A program made the translations under genes and the position numbers. A stretch of 64,000 bases of DNA from an uncultured archaeon. GTDB lineage: Archaea; Asgardarchaeota; Heimdallarchaeia; Heimdallarchaeales; Kariarchaeaceae. Below the pieces are notes generated by a model, which did not search any database, was not told where the DNA came from, and saw only the letters and a program-made list of their open reading frames with translations. Location: positions 60,245 through 124,244 of the forward strand of contig CAZYCQ010000001.1 of assembly GCA_964645535.1 (NCBI GenBank), written 5' to 3'. The number at the start of each line of letters is the position of its first letter. The first letter of the stretch is position 1. Positions 39,701 to 48,611 of the stretch are shown one piece after another.

Positions 39701-40076
39701 AAAACGGGAAAATCAAAAGAAAAGCAACGGTAATAAGTATCAGGAAACGAGACAATAGAGTACTTTCTGCATCATTCAGGATTTCTATTGAGACGACAAA
39801 CAGGGTGACAAATCCCAATGCCACCAAGAGAGAGAAAAGGTAAAGCGCAATCAATCGAGAAAAAGGAAGATCCCCGACATCTGTTACTCCTGCTGTATTT
39901 TTTACTTCATCAGCAGCAAATGAATAAGAACCCAAGGTAATTAGGACAAATAAGATTGAAGCCACTCCGGAAACGACCAATGGATCCAAAAATTGCGGAT
40001 CTTGGGTAATGGTAAAAAGAAGATAATAGATAAGAACAATCATTAAACTAAGAAAAAGGGAAATACGAGGTTTCAC
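36753..40076 (-). CDS. Giant (1107 aa) membrane-anchored HEAT/ARM-repeat protein.
   Basis: The N-terminal ~400 aa carry more than 10 TM helices. The C-terminal ~700 aa carry repeated HEAT-like units, for example VRVAASKALLSI, VGVKIFATRALKYY, VRNSAYHASFRIG and IRRDAYETMTLIA. Confidence 0.6.
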   Translation of the reverse strand: MKPRISLFLSLMIVLIYYLLFTITQDPQFLDPLVVSGVASILFVLITLGSYSFAADEVKNTAGVTDVGDLPFSRLIALYLFSLLVALGFVTLFVVSIEILNDAESTLLSRFLILITVAFLLIFPFFEFYSLSEMGEESAIPAEFIIEELMEDLAQKLKSRILATLVAYLGLYILPIFLLIQFLHTSFITAILLWALVLPMANLGALAGSGLGEDLLTLKLVRKGRFWKDFFRLGWPKLKFRDPDGSFRLIPEVELGRALLVLFAIQALLTTLFFVIENVLDIVTISQKGTAVASFSVGAIFTLSILNKGRGALKEMLAVWNESGFKISTLSLFLPVFVLMGVVLASILEVYASLSPEIQNINVLGAFGVNRHPRLVLLFLILQNFILLVSSTIVILNPPGSVERRLVWQIPEYYEDISGWVEFYHKIHSEKALVALLDLAREQVSEDNESHNLFKEILHETLNSPKEPVRVAASKALLSIIVNLDQPDEDYYMMLLNALEDESVGVKIFATRALKYYAKLFSDDRIMEMLLLIISKLYDPDVSVSWEANRTLQVLIDDVPSLRGAIIALVIRTVTRRTGGIQEQVLNFIHQISRKSHEIGSLLISSLITQLHQEDTTQEQDEQIIEALRQILRARPSLTEELLGLVVNELENPDLTTRRNSAKILSNMASFQSNTIETITQHLLSIFSSEDKDIRLYALKGLRFSIRNDTVESDQIFNLIKSSFDELMQSRDQLIATVELIAEIVKKEDRFDMECFNLLSLVLKKNKDVEVILHIIRALTYLADNQNVLAEDLFFIAENLVENQNEQVKSATLDLLFQLTSMHSEMARPIYRLVSDILNSSSGEILEKCLKILGEIGIRNNTLAQEILDLLNPYTNSQDWNVRNSAYHASFRIGLHSHAFQNELIRRMTMALKDADGRVSETALDAVELLLERKKDLAKEFLGVSKKLVKSKNIRNRQTGALLLGNLVERDLTLVDEALILLPNLVTDEEMATRNVAKQVLKQTMERVSKMKSIPGNIEKGLNKMVTVALKGANHSSASIRRDAYETMTLIAEAIPRHRIADRVRKAIERSQKRQEKDPALLEFLEECRIRAKPPVYYVKEEGKIKV

Positions 40077-40125
40077 GAGATAAATTATACATTATGAATT
40101 TAATAGTTTACACAATGAAAGAAGA

Positions 40126-40473
40126 TTAAAGTTCACTGCTTTCTGTGGGAGAAGGTAAATTCAAGGAGACAACAAAAGTCATCAATATTTTCAATTCGTC
40201 TGTGGTAATTTTATCATCCAAATTTGCTACATCAAAGGCTTCTTTCAGGATTTTTGCCTTCAGTTTTTTCAACGAATCCACTTCTTCAGGAGTGATGATC
40301 CCATCTTCCAAAGCTTCCTTAAGATGCTCGGTGAATTCTCGCATTGAAATCTCGATGTTTTTGAGAACTGTTCGTTCATCTTCTGTGATAATTCCATCTT
40401 CTGCTGCAACCTCTACTAGCTTTTTCATTTGTATAGCAAATTGCTCATCTGGTGTGGAATCCGATGAAGCCAT
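40126..40473 (-). CDS. Small acidic protein with internal repeats (TerB-like fold suspected).
   Basis: Three repeat copies: EDGIITEDERTVLKNI, EDGIITPEEVDSLKKL and DDKITTDELKILMTFV. Confidence 0.45.
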   Translation of the reverse strand: MASSDSTPDEQFAIQMKKLVEVAAEDGIITEDERTVLKNIEISMREFTEHLKEALEDGIITPEEVDSLKKLKAKILKEAFDVANLDDKITTDELKILMTFVVSLNLPSPTESSEL

Positions 40474-40520
40474 ACTAATAATATATCAATCAAGGTAATA
40501 AGCATCTAGGTTTAACATGA

Positions 40521-41483
40521 TCAACAATTTTCGGCAACATATGCTGCACCAAAATACCTTCGTTCATCCATCAGAAGATCGATTTTCAAGGATTTAAAGC
40601 CTGCTTTTTGGAATATGATCAACCATTTTTCAGGGCTTAGCCAGCCAGGATGGGGGCGATAATCAAACGTCGGAACATTCCACCATCCCTCAAAGAAGGC
40701 AAACATTATTTCTAAAGGCCAAGGGGCATCCGCGGAGTACGGAGATCCTTCCCCTATGACCAAAGTCCCTGTTTCCTTCAGATGGGACTTGATCCAACGC
40801 AAGGCTGCAACTATGTCGTTTGCCACGTGAATTGCATTTGTTGCGTAAATCACATCAAATTTTTGATCAATATCGGGAAGGTTATGGAGATCTAGTATTT
40901 GAGTATGTAAAGGAAGATCTTTTGGAAGTTTTTTCTTGATTCCCTCAAGAAAATATGGCTTGATATCTGAAAAACAAAATGTCTTTGCGCGTTTAAGATC
41001 TTCGGCCAACAACAGGGCAGTTCCTCCAACACCGCCACCGATTTCTAAGACATCTGCATCTTCGATTAACGGATGGACATATCCTGCCACCAATTCATTG
41101 AAAAAATTTTGGGTTCCATTGTTTCTATTCCAGTCTTCCCAGAGCTGGACACCACCAGCTTTGATCACCTGACTTCCAGTAACCTTGCCCGATAGGAAAT
41201 CCTCAAGATACTTATCTATAAGTTTGAGGTATTCTAGTGTGGGCCTAATTTCTTCCAAGTCAAATTTGGGCTCAGGCTGTTCTCCTCCATTAAGATGGGA
41301 AAGTATCCGTTGAGAAGTTCGGACAAGATAATTTGCTTCTGCCGAAGGAGCATCATGCCGGGAAACCCAATCCATCACTCTCGTGGCAAGTCGGAAGCAG
41401 ATGGGCTCCAGATAGTCATAGTATAGAGAGAGTTTCCTGACACTTGTTTTGCAATCTATTAAGTGAATATACAGTACCTCCAT
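40521..41483 (-). CDS. Class I SAM-dependent (O-)methyltransferase.
   Basis: Motif I VLEIGGGVGGTALLLAED, with an acidic residue at the end of the second beta strand (FSDIKP). Confidence 0.75.
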   Translation of the reverse strand: MEVLYIHLIDCKTSVRKLSLYYDYLEPICFRLATRVMDWVSRHDAPSAEANYLVRTSQRILSHLNGGEQPEPKFDLEEIRPTLEYLKLIDKYLEDFLSGKVTGSQVIKAGGVQLWEDWNRNNGTQNFFNELVAGYVHPLIEDADVLEIGGGVGGTALLLAEDLKRAKTFCFSDIKPYFLEGIKKKLPKDLPLHTQILDLHNLPDIDQKFDVIYATNAIHVANDIVAALRWIKSHLKETGTLVIGEGSPYSADAPWPLEIMFAFFEGWWNVPTFDYRPHPGWLSPEKWLIIFQKAGFKSLKIDLLMDERRYFGAAYVAENC

Positions 41484-41531
41484 ATTTCAAAAGGAAATTA
41501 GGTTTTTCAATCTTGAGAATTGGGTAGAAAA

Positions 41532-44237
41532 TCAATTCTTCAGTAATTGTGCCAAAACATAATTTAGGATGCCGCCATATTTGTAGTATTGTATCTCAAT
41601 GTCAGTATCAAGTCTTGCTATGACATTGAATTCAACGGTATCTCCATTTTTCTTTCGTGCAACTACACGCAACTTCTTTTTGGGAACCAAACCGGATTCG
41701 ATGTCAAGAATGTCAAATTCTTCAGTTCCATCAAGACCGAGTTCTCTCCATCCTTGACCTTCTTCAAATTGCAAGGGAAGAACACCCATTCCAATCAGAT
41801 TGCTTCGATGTATCCTTTCAATTGATTTGAAGAAAACTGCTTTGATACCTAGTAATGCAGGTCCTTTGGCAGCCCAATCACGGGAAGAACCAACACCATA
41901 TTGCTTTGCACCAAGTACAAGGACAGGGGTGCCACTTTCGATGTACTTCCGGGAAGCATCAAAAGTTGTCATAGTTTCGCCAGTAGGAACGTATTGGGTC
42001 CACCATCCCTCTTTTCCAGGTACTAGTTGGTTTTTGACTCTAACATTGGCAAAGGTTCCACGCATCATTACTTCATGATTACCTCTTCGGGAGCCATAAG
42101 TGTTGAAATCTTTTTTCTGGACACCATTTTTTATCAGATACTGACCTGCGGGGCTTTCTTCAGCGATGGCTCCTGCCGGAGAGATATGGTCTGTGGAAAT
42201 CTTGTCGTCCAATAGTTCAAGCACCCTTGCACCAACAATATTTTTGGGATCTTCGGGAGTAAGAGTGAAGTTTTCGAAGAAGGGAGGATTGCGGATATAG
42301 GTGGATTTTGGATCCCATTCAAACAAGGTGCTTTTAGGAGCATCAAGGGCTTGCCATCTAAAATCACCCAACATGATCCGAGAATAGTGTTTTGTAAACA
42401 TTTCAGGTTTGATGCCTTCTTCAATCGCTTTTTTGATTTCCTCCTGAGTTGGCCAAATGTCCTTGAGAAAAACATCATGACCATCTTTTGATTTGCCTAT
42501 TGGTTCATTGAGCAGGTCGATGTCAGTCCTTCCAGCTAGAGCATAGACTACAACCAGCATGGGGGATGCCAAAAAATTACCTCTGGTAAGTGGAGAAACT
42601 CGTCCGGCGAAATTCCGGTTACCACTTAGTACAGAGGTCACATAGAGATCCCCATCCTTGATTGCAGCTTCAATCTGAGGAAGTAAGGGACCAGAGTTTC
42701 CTATGCATGTTGTACAACCATAACCAACGGTGTAGAAACCCAATTGATCCAAATACTTTTGTAGATCTAGCTGATTCATGTATTCAGTCACTACGAGCGA
42801 TCCTGGCGCAAAGCTAGTTTTCACGTAAGGGGGTGTCTCCAATCCAAGTTCCACGGCCTTCTTTGCAACAAGACCTGCACCAACCATGACAGATGGATTT
42901 GACGTATTTGTACAACTGGTAATCGCAGCAATCACAACACTACCGTCTTTAAGCTCTGCCTCTTTGCCATCAACTTCTATTTTCCGACTCCTGATTTCAG
43001 CATCTTTGGATCGTTGGGAGATATAGGCTTCTTGAAATTCCATGGCTCTCCATTTTGCTTCCTTCAGTGAGACTCTTTCTTCAGGGTTCAGGGGACCTGC
43101 AATGGATGGTTCAACAGTGGACATATCCAACTCCAGATAATCAGAATACACTGGATCAGGAGATTCATCAGTTCGGAATATATTGGCAGCCTTGGCAAAT
43201 TCTCTTACGAATTCAATGTGCTCTTCATCCCGCCCAGTCAATCGGAGATAGGAAAGAGTGGTTTCATCTATTGGGAAGAACCCCATGGTTGCACCATATT
43301 CAGGAGCCATATTGGAAATAGTTGCACGATCAGGCAGTGAAAGTTGGGAGAGACCAGGACCATAAAACTCGACGAATTTTCCGACAACGCCCTTCTTTCT
43401 CAACATTTCAGTGACGGTAAGAACAAGATCTGTCGCAGTGGCTCCTTCAGGAAGTTTACCGGTCAATTTGAAGCCGACAACTTCTGGGAGAAGCATGTAA
43501 TATGGCTGACCTAACATTACCGCCTCAGCTTCAATGCCACCTACACCCCATCCCATAACCCCCAAACCATTGATCATGGTGGTGTGACTGTCAGTGCCGA
43601 CCAAAGTATCGATAATGGCAGTTTTCTGGCCATCTTTCTCTCTAATATCTGCCACTTTTGCTAAATATTCAAGATTGACCTGATGAATGATTCCAGAACC
43701 GGGAGGAACTACCTGAAAATCCTTGAAGGCTTTCTGGGCCCATTTTATCAGAGTATATCGTTCCTTATTTCGTCCATATTCCATTTCAAGGTTAATATCC
43801 AAAGAATCAGGTCTCCCATATGCATCCACCTGAACTGAATGATCTATGACCAAGTCAGTAGGAATAAGGGGATTAATTTTTTCAGGATCACCACCATTAT
43901 TATGCATGGCTTCTCTCATTGCGGCAAGATCTACAATCAGAGGAACACCGGTAAAGTCTTGGAGAACGACACGAGCAGGCATATAAGGAATTTCCTTTTG
44001 ACCAGTTCCATTTGGCCAATTTGCGACACTCATCACATCCTCAAGGGTAATGAGCTTCCCATCATAATTTCTCAAGACGTTTTCAAGGAGCACACGAATT
44101 GAAAAAGGAAGTTTTTCTACCTCTAAGCCCTTTTGGATAAGAGAATCCAACACGAACATATAGGCTTCCTTTGATCCAAGTTTCTTTTGAACTTTGGATC
44201 CAAAGATGTCCTCTTCCGTTATTTGTTGCATGGTCAA
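41532..44237 (-). CDS. acnA: Aconitate hydratase (AcnA/IRP type).
   Basis: 901 aa. Fe-S ligand cysteines are in the ITSCTNTSN and YGCTTCIGNSG motifs. Domain order matches AcnA. Confidence 0.9.
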   Translation of the reverse strand: MTMQQITEEDIFGSKVQKKLGSKEAYMFVLDSLIQKGLEVEKLPFSIRVLLENVLRNYDGKLITLEDVMSVANWPNGTGQKEIPYMPARVVLQDFTGVPLIVDLAAMREAMHNNGGDPEKINPLIPTDLVIDHSVQVDAYGRPDSLDINLEMEYGRNKERYTLIKWAQKAFKDFQVVPPGSGIIHQVNLEYLAKVADIREKDGQKTAIIDTLVGTDSHTTMINGLGVMGWGVGGIEAEAVMLGQPYYMLLPEVVGFKLTGKLPEGATATDLVLTVTEMLRKKGVVGKFVEFYGPGLSQLSLPDRATISNMAPEYGATMGFFPIDETTLSYLRLTGRDEEHIEFVREFAKAANIFRTDESPDPVYSDYLELDMSTVEPSIAGPLNPEERVSLKEAKWRAMEFQEAYISQRSKDAEIRSRKIEVDGKEAELKDGSVVIAAITSCTNTSNPSVMVGAGLVAKKAVELGLETPPYVKTSFAPGSLVVTEYMNQLDLQKYLDQLGFYTVGYGCTTCIGNSGPLLPQIEAAIKDGDLYVTSVLSGNRNFAGRVSPLTRGNFLASPMLVVVYALAGRTDIDLLNEPIGKSKDGHDVFLKDIWPTQEEIKKAIEEGIKPEMFTKHYSRIMLGDFRWQALDAPKSTLFEWDPKSTYIRNPPFFENFTLTPEDPKNIVGARVLELLDDKISTDHISPAGAIAEESPAGQYLIKNGVQKKDFNTYGSRRGNHEVMMRGTFANVRVKNQLVPGKEGWWTQYVPTGETMTTFDASRKYIESGTPVLVLGAKQYGVGSSRDWAAKGPALLGIKAVFFKSIERIHRSNLIGMGVLPLQFEEGQGWRELGLDGTEEFDILDIESGLVPKKKLRVVARKKNGDTVEFNVIARLDTDIEIQYYKYGGILNYVLAQLLKN

Positions 44238-44372
44238 ATAATTGATATTCTTGTTATAATGTTTGGGAATGACACACTAGATTTTCCACACCTTTATATC
44301 TGAAACTCGATCAATCAAAGGAAAGACACCTAAAAGAGAATATTAATTATTGTTGAATTCCGTTCAAAGGTA

Positions 44373-44792
44373 TTGATGACCATAATTGAACATCAAGAAA
44401 TCTGGAATTCCCAACTCTTGATGAAAATCATCATCGGATTGATTTCGTTGTTTCTGTATTTGGTGAGCTTTTTTGTGTTTGAGGTAATAAGGATTGGAAA
44501 GGGTATGTTTGATGCAAAAATCGTAGTTGATTTTCTTGGGATTCTCATAGCGACTTTTGCGGCCTTTGCCATGATGCGGGTGGACAATCTTTCAAGATTA
44601 CCACTTGGTTTACTTGTTTTGATCATGGCAATGGTAATTACAGGTACTGCGGATCTGGTTTTAAATACAGTTGACCCGAATCGAGAAGGAGTAAGACCTT
44701 GGATTGAATCGTATAGAATTGCAATTGTGCTTTTTGTGATCCTTGTTGGCAGCCTTATTGGAAAAAGAACAGCAAAAACGCAACAGAATTAA
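44373..44792 (+). CDS. Small membrane protein with four TM helices.
   Basis: Hydrophobic throughout. Confidence 0.4.
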   Translation: MMTIIEHQEIWNSQLLMKIIIGLISLFLYLVSFFVFEVIRIGKGMFDAKIVVDFLGILIATFAAFAMMRVDNLSRLPLGLLVLIMAMVITGTADLVLNTVDPNREGVRPWIESYRIAIVLFVILVGSLIGKRTAKTQQN

Positions 44793-45106
44793 TATTCCAT
44801 GTCTTCCAATTCCAACATTAATTCCCCTACCTTCATCAAGAGCATGTGCTCCTCATTGCTTAAATGATTGTCTTCCAAGGCAGTTGCATAGGCATTTTCC
44901 CATATTCTTTCTCTTGTCAAGAATAGAAAATGCTTGTCACCCTCATCAAAAGATCCTTCTTCATTGATTTTGGTAAGGAGAATAAAATATCTTTCAAGCC
45001 CTTCCATTACACTTTGGATGACATTCATTTCCTCTTCAGTCAGCTCATTGTCCTGCAAGGCTGTTTCTTTCAACTCATTCCAAGCTCGCTGGAGGATGTG
45101 CTCCAC
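44789..45106 (-). CDS. Small acidic repeat protein, paralog of the protein at 40126..40473.
   Basis: Repeats LQDNELTEEEMNVIQSVMEGLE and LEDNHLSNEEHMLLMKVGELM. Confidence 0.4.
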   Translation of the reverse strand: MEHILQRAWNELKETALQDNELTEEEMNVIQSVMEGLERYFILLTKINEEGSFDEGDKHFLFLTRERIWENAYATALEDNHLSNEEHMLLMKVGELMLELEDMEY

Positions 45107-45258
45107 AACATATACCGGTCAAATCTCAATTATAACCTTTCATAATTTTGAGATTGGTTGTTTTTTTGTTGCGCAAATTTCTTCTGAATGGGTATTCTGT
45201 TTTTTTCGCTAAATAAATTGTGTGCAAGGAAAACTTAGCCCAAGGATTATTTTTTTGA

Positions 45259-46473
45259 ATGGCAACAGGATTAGAGTTTATGTCACTACGAAAGGAAGCT
45301 GAAGAAATCAAACCGAAGCTTGTGGAAATTAGAAGGCAAATTCATATGTACCCGGAACCAGGATTCGAAGAACACAAAACCTCAAAGTTCATTCAAGAAA
45401 AACTAAGGGAATTGGGGCTGGAACCAAAAGTTTGGGCAAAAACAGGAATTACTGCGGTGATAGAAGGAGGCCAAGGTAAAGGTAAAACAGTCCTGCTCCG
45501 TGCGGATATCGATGCCCTTCCAGTTCAAGAAGCAAATGATGTGCCATACAAATCAAGAAATGAAGGATTTTCACATGCATGCGGACATGATGCACATGTT
45601 GCATGCCTGTTGGGGGCTGCGGAACTGTTGCTCAAACATAAGGATGAATTCAGGGGAAAAGTCCTTTTGGTGTTCCAACCAGCTGAAGAAGGGCCAGGCG
45701 GTGCAAAACCAATGATTGAGGAAGGAGCAATTGGATCCCCTGAAAATCCAGATATCGACGCAGCAATGGCCCTTCATATCACAGCCATGGCAGATGTCGG
45801 TTTGATAGGGGTGACAGATGGATTACTTACTGCATCAGCAGATGAATTCTATGTGACCATCAAGGGAAAAGGAGGACATGGAAGCGCACCACATATGGCT
45901 ATTGACCCCATTTACATTGCAGGGCAAATTATTACAGGAATTCAGGGGTTCATTACAAGAACAGTTGATCCAGTAGAGCACGTGGTGTTTACATGGGGGA
46001 AGGTTATCGGTGGAGAACGGCAGAATGTGATCAGTGAGACCTGCCGACTTGAAGGAACTTTGAGAACACATAACAGAGAAGTCAGAAGTAAGCTTAAAGA
46101 GGAATTACCAAAATTCATTCAGTCGGTTGCAAAAACCTATGGAGGGAATGCGGAAGTTGAAGTGATTACAGGATATGATGTGGGAATCAATGACAAGAAA
46201 CTCAATGATTCCATTAGGAGGGCGGTAAAGAAACATTATTCAGAGGATGTGATCATTGATCGGGGGCCAATAATGGGCGCTGAAGACTTCTTCGAATTTG
46301 CCCTAGGAGGAAAAATACCGACATCAATGTTTTGGCTGTTCGCAGGGAATAAGGAAAAAGGATTTACACATGGAAACCACAGCAACTATTTCGATTTTGA
46401 TGAAGATGCCTTGCCTATTGGAACTACCATTCTTGCTCAAGCGGCCATTGATTATCTGAATAATGAAGAATGA
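45259..46473 (+). CDS. M20-family amidohydrolase (N-acyl-L-amino acid amidohydrolase/hippuricase-like).
   Basis: Motifs HACGHDAHVACLLGAA and the pattern GKVLLVFQPAEEGPGGAKPMIEEG. Confidence 0.85.
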   Translation: MATGLEFMSLRKEAEEIKPKLVEIRRQIHMYPEPGFEEHKTSKFIQEKLRELGLEPKVWAKTGITAVIEGGQGKGKTVLLRADIDALPVQEANDVPYKSRNEGFSHACGHDAHVACLLGAAELLLKHKDEFRGKVLLVFQPAEEGPGGAKPMIEEGAIGSPENPDIDAAMALHITAMADVGLIGVTDGLLTASADEFYVTIKGKGGHGSAPHMAIDPIYIAGQIITGIQGFITRTVDPVEHVVFTWGKVIGGERQNVISETCRLEGTLRTHNREVRSKLKEELPKFIQSVAKTYGGNAEVEVITGYDVGINDKKLNDSIRRAVKKHYSEDVIIDRGPIMGAEDFFEFALGGKIPTSMFWLFAGNKEKGFTHGNHSNYFDFDEDALPIGTTILAQAAIDYLNNEE

Positions 46474-46518
46474 GCTAAGTGAAACTTTATCACATCTCAG
46501 TTCATTTTTAGAACAAGG

Positions 46519-46989
46519 ATGGTTGAGCTCGACAAAATTAAGTTTGTAACCATTAAATACGTAACTGAAGAACAGGAGCTAGTTTACGAAGCAGTTAGGA
46601 GAGTGCTACCAGAACAGGTGGCAAAGTCCATAAGCCTAAAGAATTTTTCGAAGATGAGCGTTATTGGGCAGTACGGAGATCCCATGCTTCTTATTGAGCT
46701 CGTCATCAATAAAAAGCCGAAAGAAGTCATAAAACATATCTTTTCCAAACTCACCGAGACTGAAAAAAAACGTCTCTTACACGAATTCAACACGAGATTC
46801 GATCCTGAAACAACAACCTTCTTCTTTAGGTTAGATAAATTCTCTCCACTCAAAGATGATCTTTATCTCAATGATGGATCTGATGTGATAAAAGTTGAGC
46901 TCAAGTTTAAGGTGTATGGAAAATTGGATCCTGAAAAGATAAAAGAAATACTCCAGTCGCTAATGGGTTTAGAGGAAGATGGAATATGA
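46519..46989 (+). CDS. Hypothetical protein immediately upstream of the RNase P subunit genes.
   Basis: 156-aa ORF that overlaps the start of rpp30 (ATGA). Confidence 0.4.
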   Translation: MVELDKIKFVTIKYVTEEQELVYEAVRRVLPEQVAKSISLKNFSKMSVIGQYGDPMLLIELVINKKPKEVIKHIFSKLTETEKKRLLHEFNTRFDPETTTFFFRLDKFSPLKDDLYLNDGSDVIKVELKFKVYGKLDPEKIKEILQSLMGLEEDGI

Positions 46990-47633
46990 GAGGGATTGAA
47001 TGGAGCCCATTTGTATGGAAAAATCAACTCCATATAGCAGAAAAACTTGGGATAACAGCCTGTGCAATAGAAGGAGACTTGCCAAAGAGAACCATACTTC
47101 ATTGTTTTAGAAGGAAAACACTTTCAGAAATCAATGGAAAAGTTCAGAAAAAAAATCTGAAAAAAACGGTTGCTGGTCTCAGGTCGGATTTTGATTGGGT
47201 TTCCATTGAGCCCTCTTCAATTAAAGTTCTGGTCGATGCAATTGCCTTTCCTCAGGTTGATGCAATCATGTTAACTGCATCGTCACCATTGAAATTGGCT
47301 CACCAAAAATACCTTGCTCTCCTTCGTGATCATTCAAAAATTCTTGAAATTGATTTGAATCCGTTTTTCTCATACAGGTCAAAGCAGAAAGAAATCACAA
47401 AGTTGCTCAAAATACTGAACCTAGTCCGTCAAAAACCGCCACAAGTAGTTTTTACGATCTCAGATTCAAATCCTTTTTCATTTCGCAGATACAGAAATCT
47501 CCAATCGTTGGGAAATTCCCTAGGGATTGATATCAATTATTCATCACTTCGTCCGTTTATTGAAAACATTAAACGGAACAGGAAACGGAGAGAAGGAAAA
47601 CTAATCTCAGGAGACATTGAGGTAGATAATTAA
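46986..47633 (+). CDS. rnp3: RNase P protein component 3 (Rpp30/Rnp3).
   Basis: VDAIMLTASSPLKLAHQKYLALLRDHSKILEIDLNPFF and VVFTISDSNPFSFRRYRNLQSLGNSLGID parallel the VDAI...RPLL and RRFLTSSA...DVRYPRDLISLG regions of archaeal Rpp30. Confidence 0.7.
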   Translation: MRGIEWSPFVWKNQLHIAEKLGITACAIEGDLPKRTILHCFRRKTLSEINGKVQKKNLKKTVAGLRSDFDWVSIEPSSIKVLVDAIAFPQVDAIMLTASSPLKLAHQKYLALLRDHSKILEIDLNPFFSYRSKQKEITKLLKILNLVRQKPPQVVFTISDSNPFSFRRYRNLQSLGNSLGIDINYSSLRPFIENIKRNRKRREGKLISGDIEVDN

Positions 47634-47965
47634 TGACTGTGAAAATTGATAAACGGAGATACCTCTTGGTGAGATTTCTAGGTAAAAAGCCAAAGAGAGA
47701 AGAGTTTGACAAGGAAATAAGAAAAATTGTACGGTATTTCTACGGTGAACTTACACTGATTTGGAGCAACTTACACATTGTGGATGAATGGAATGACTTC
47801 TTCATCATTCGAACCAATCACAGGTATGTTGATCAAATAGAAGCCGCAATAACCATTATGTGGTCTGAAGATTTTATTGCAGATATAATTTGTAAATCGG
47901 GAACTATAAAAGGACTCAAACGTAGATTCAAAAATTTATTTGAGACGGCGTCCGTGAGCTCGTAG
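47633..47965 (+). CDS. rnp2: RNase P protein component 2 (Pop5/Rnp2).
   Basis: N-terminal KRRYLLVRF (R.RYL motif). 110 aa. The start overlaps the rpp30 stop (TAATGA). Confidence 0.7.
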   Translation: MTVKIDKRRYLLVRFLGKKPKREEFDKEIRKIVRYFYGELTLIWSNLHIVDEWNDFFIIRTNHRYVDQIEAAITIMWSEDFIADIICKSGTIKGLKRRFKNLFETASVSS

Positions 47966-48523
47966 ACTTGGTCTTGCTTTTTCAACACCACGACCTTTGC
48001 GGAACAGACCCCTTGATTTCTTCCCGGCAGCAGTAAGGCCTCGGTAAGTACGACCCTTGTGAACCTTCCGGTTGATCCAAGCAATTCTTTTGTCATTGAC
48101 AATTGCAGGATGAACTGGATCCACCATGATAATTTCGAACCATTTGGATCGACCATCTTGGCCTACCCAATAGGAGCCCAAAACTTCAAGATTAGGATAT
48201 TTTCTTTGAGTTCTTGTTTCTGCGATCCATCTAAGGTTCCTTCCACTTGTTTTGTCAATTGCAAGGTTTACACCTCTGCTTCTCCCTCTATTTGGACGGG
48301 ACATCCGTCGGGAACCCCTTCTCACCTTCGTCCTTACCACAACATACCCCGGTTTAGCCTTATAACCCAAGGCACGAGCACGATCAATTCTTAATGGACG
48401 TTCAACGCGTACAATCGTGTTTTGTCGTCTCCATTCAATCAGGCGTGGTTTTTGGATTGCCTTGAATTCTGGTGTATTTCTTTTTCTCCAAAACATTCTG
48501 ACATTTTTGTACAGATTAGTCAT
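47936..48523 (-). CDS. rpl15e: 50S ribosomal protein L15e.
   Basis: WRRQNTIVRVERPLRIDRARALGYKAKPGYVVVRTKVRRG is the characteristic L15e core. Confidence 0.9.
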   Translation of the reverse strand: MTNLYKNVRMFWRKRNTPEFKAIQKPRLIEWRRQNTIVRVERPLRIDRARALGYKAKPGYVVVRTKVRRGSRRMSRPNRGRSRGVNLAIDKTSGRNLRWIAETRTQRKYPNLEVLGSYWVGQDGRSKWFEIIMVDPVHPAIVNDKRIAWINRKVHKGRTYRGLTAAGKKSRGLFRKGRGVEKARPSLRAHGRRLK

Positions 48524-48611
48524 TGTTATCACTTCCCTGTGTCACATTACGATCATTCACAGCAAATTTTCTCTAATTCATGAGAATTAAAAACTAGCGT
48601 TAGATTTCAGG

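Noticed and set aside
47833-48156. 107-aa minus-strand ORF overlapping the Pop5 3' end and L15e.
   Set aside because: It is an alternative frame of the well-supported L15e gene. Spurious.
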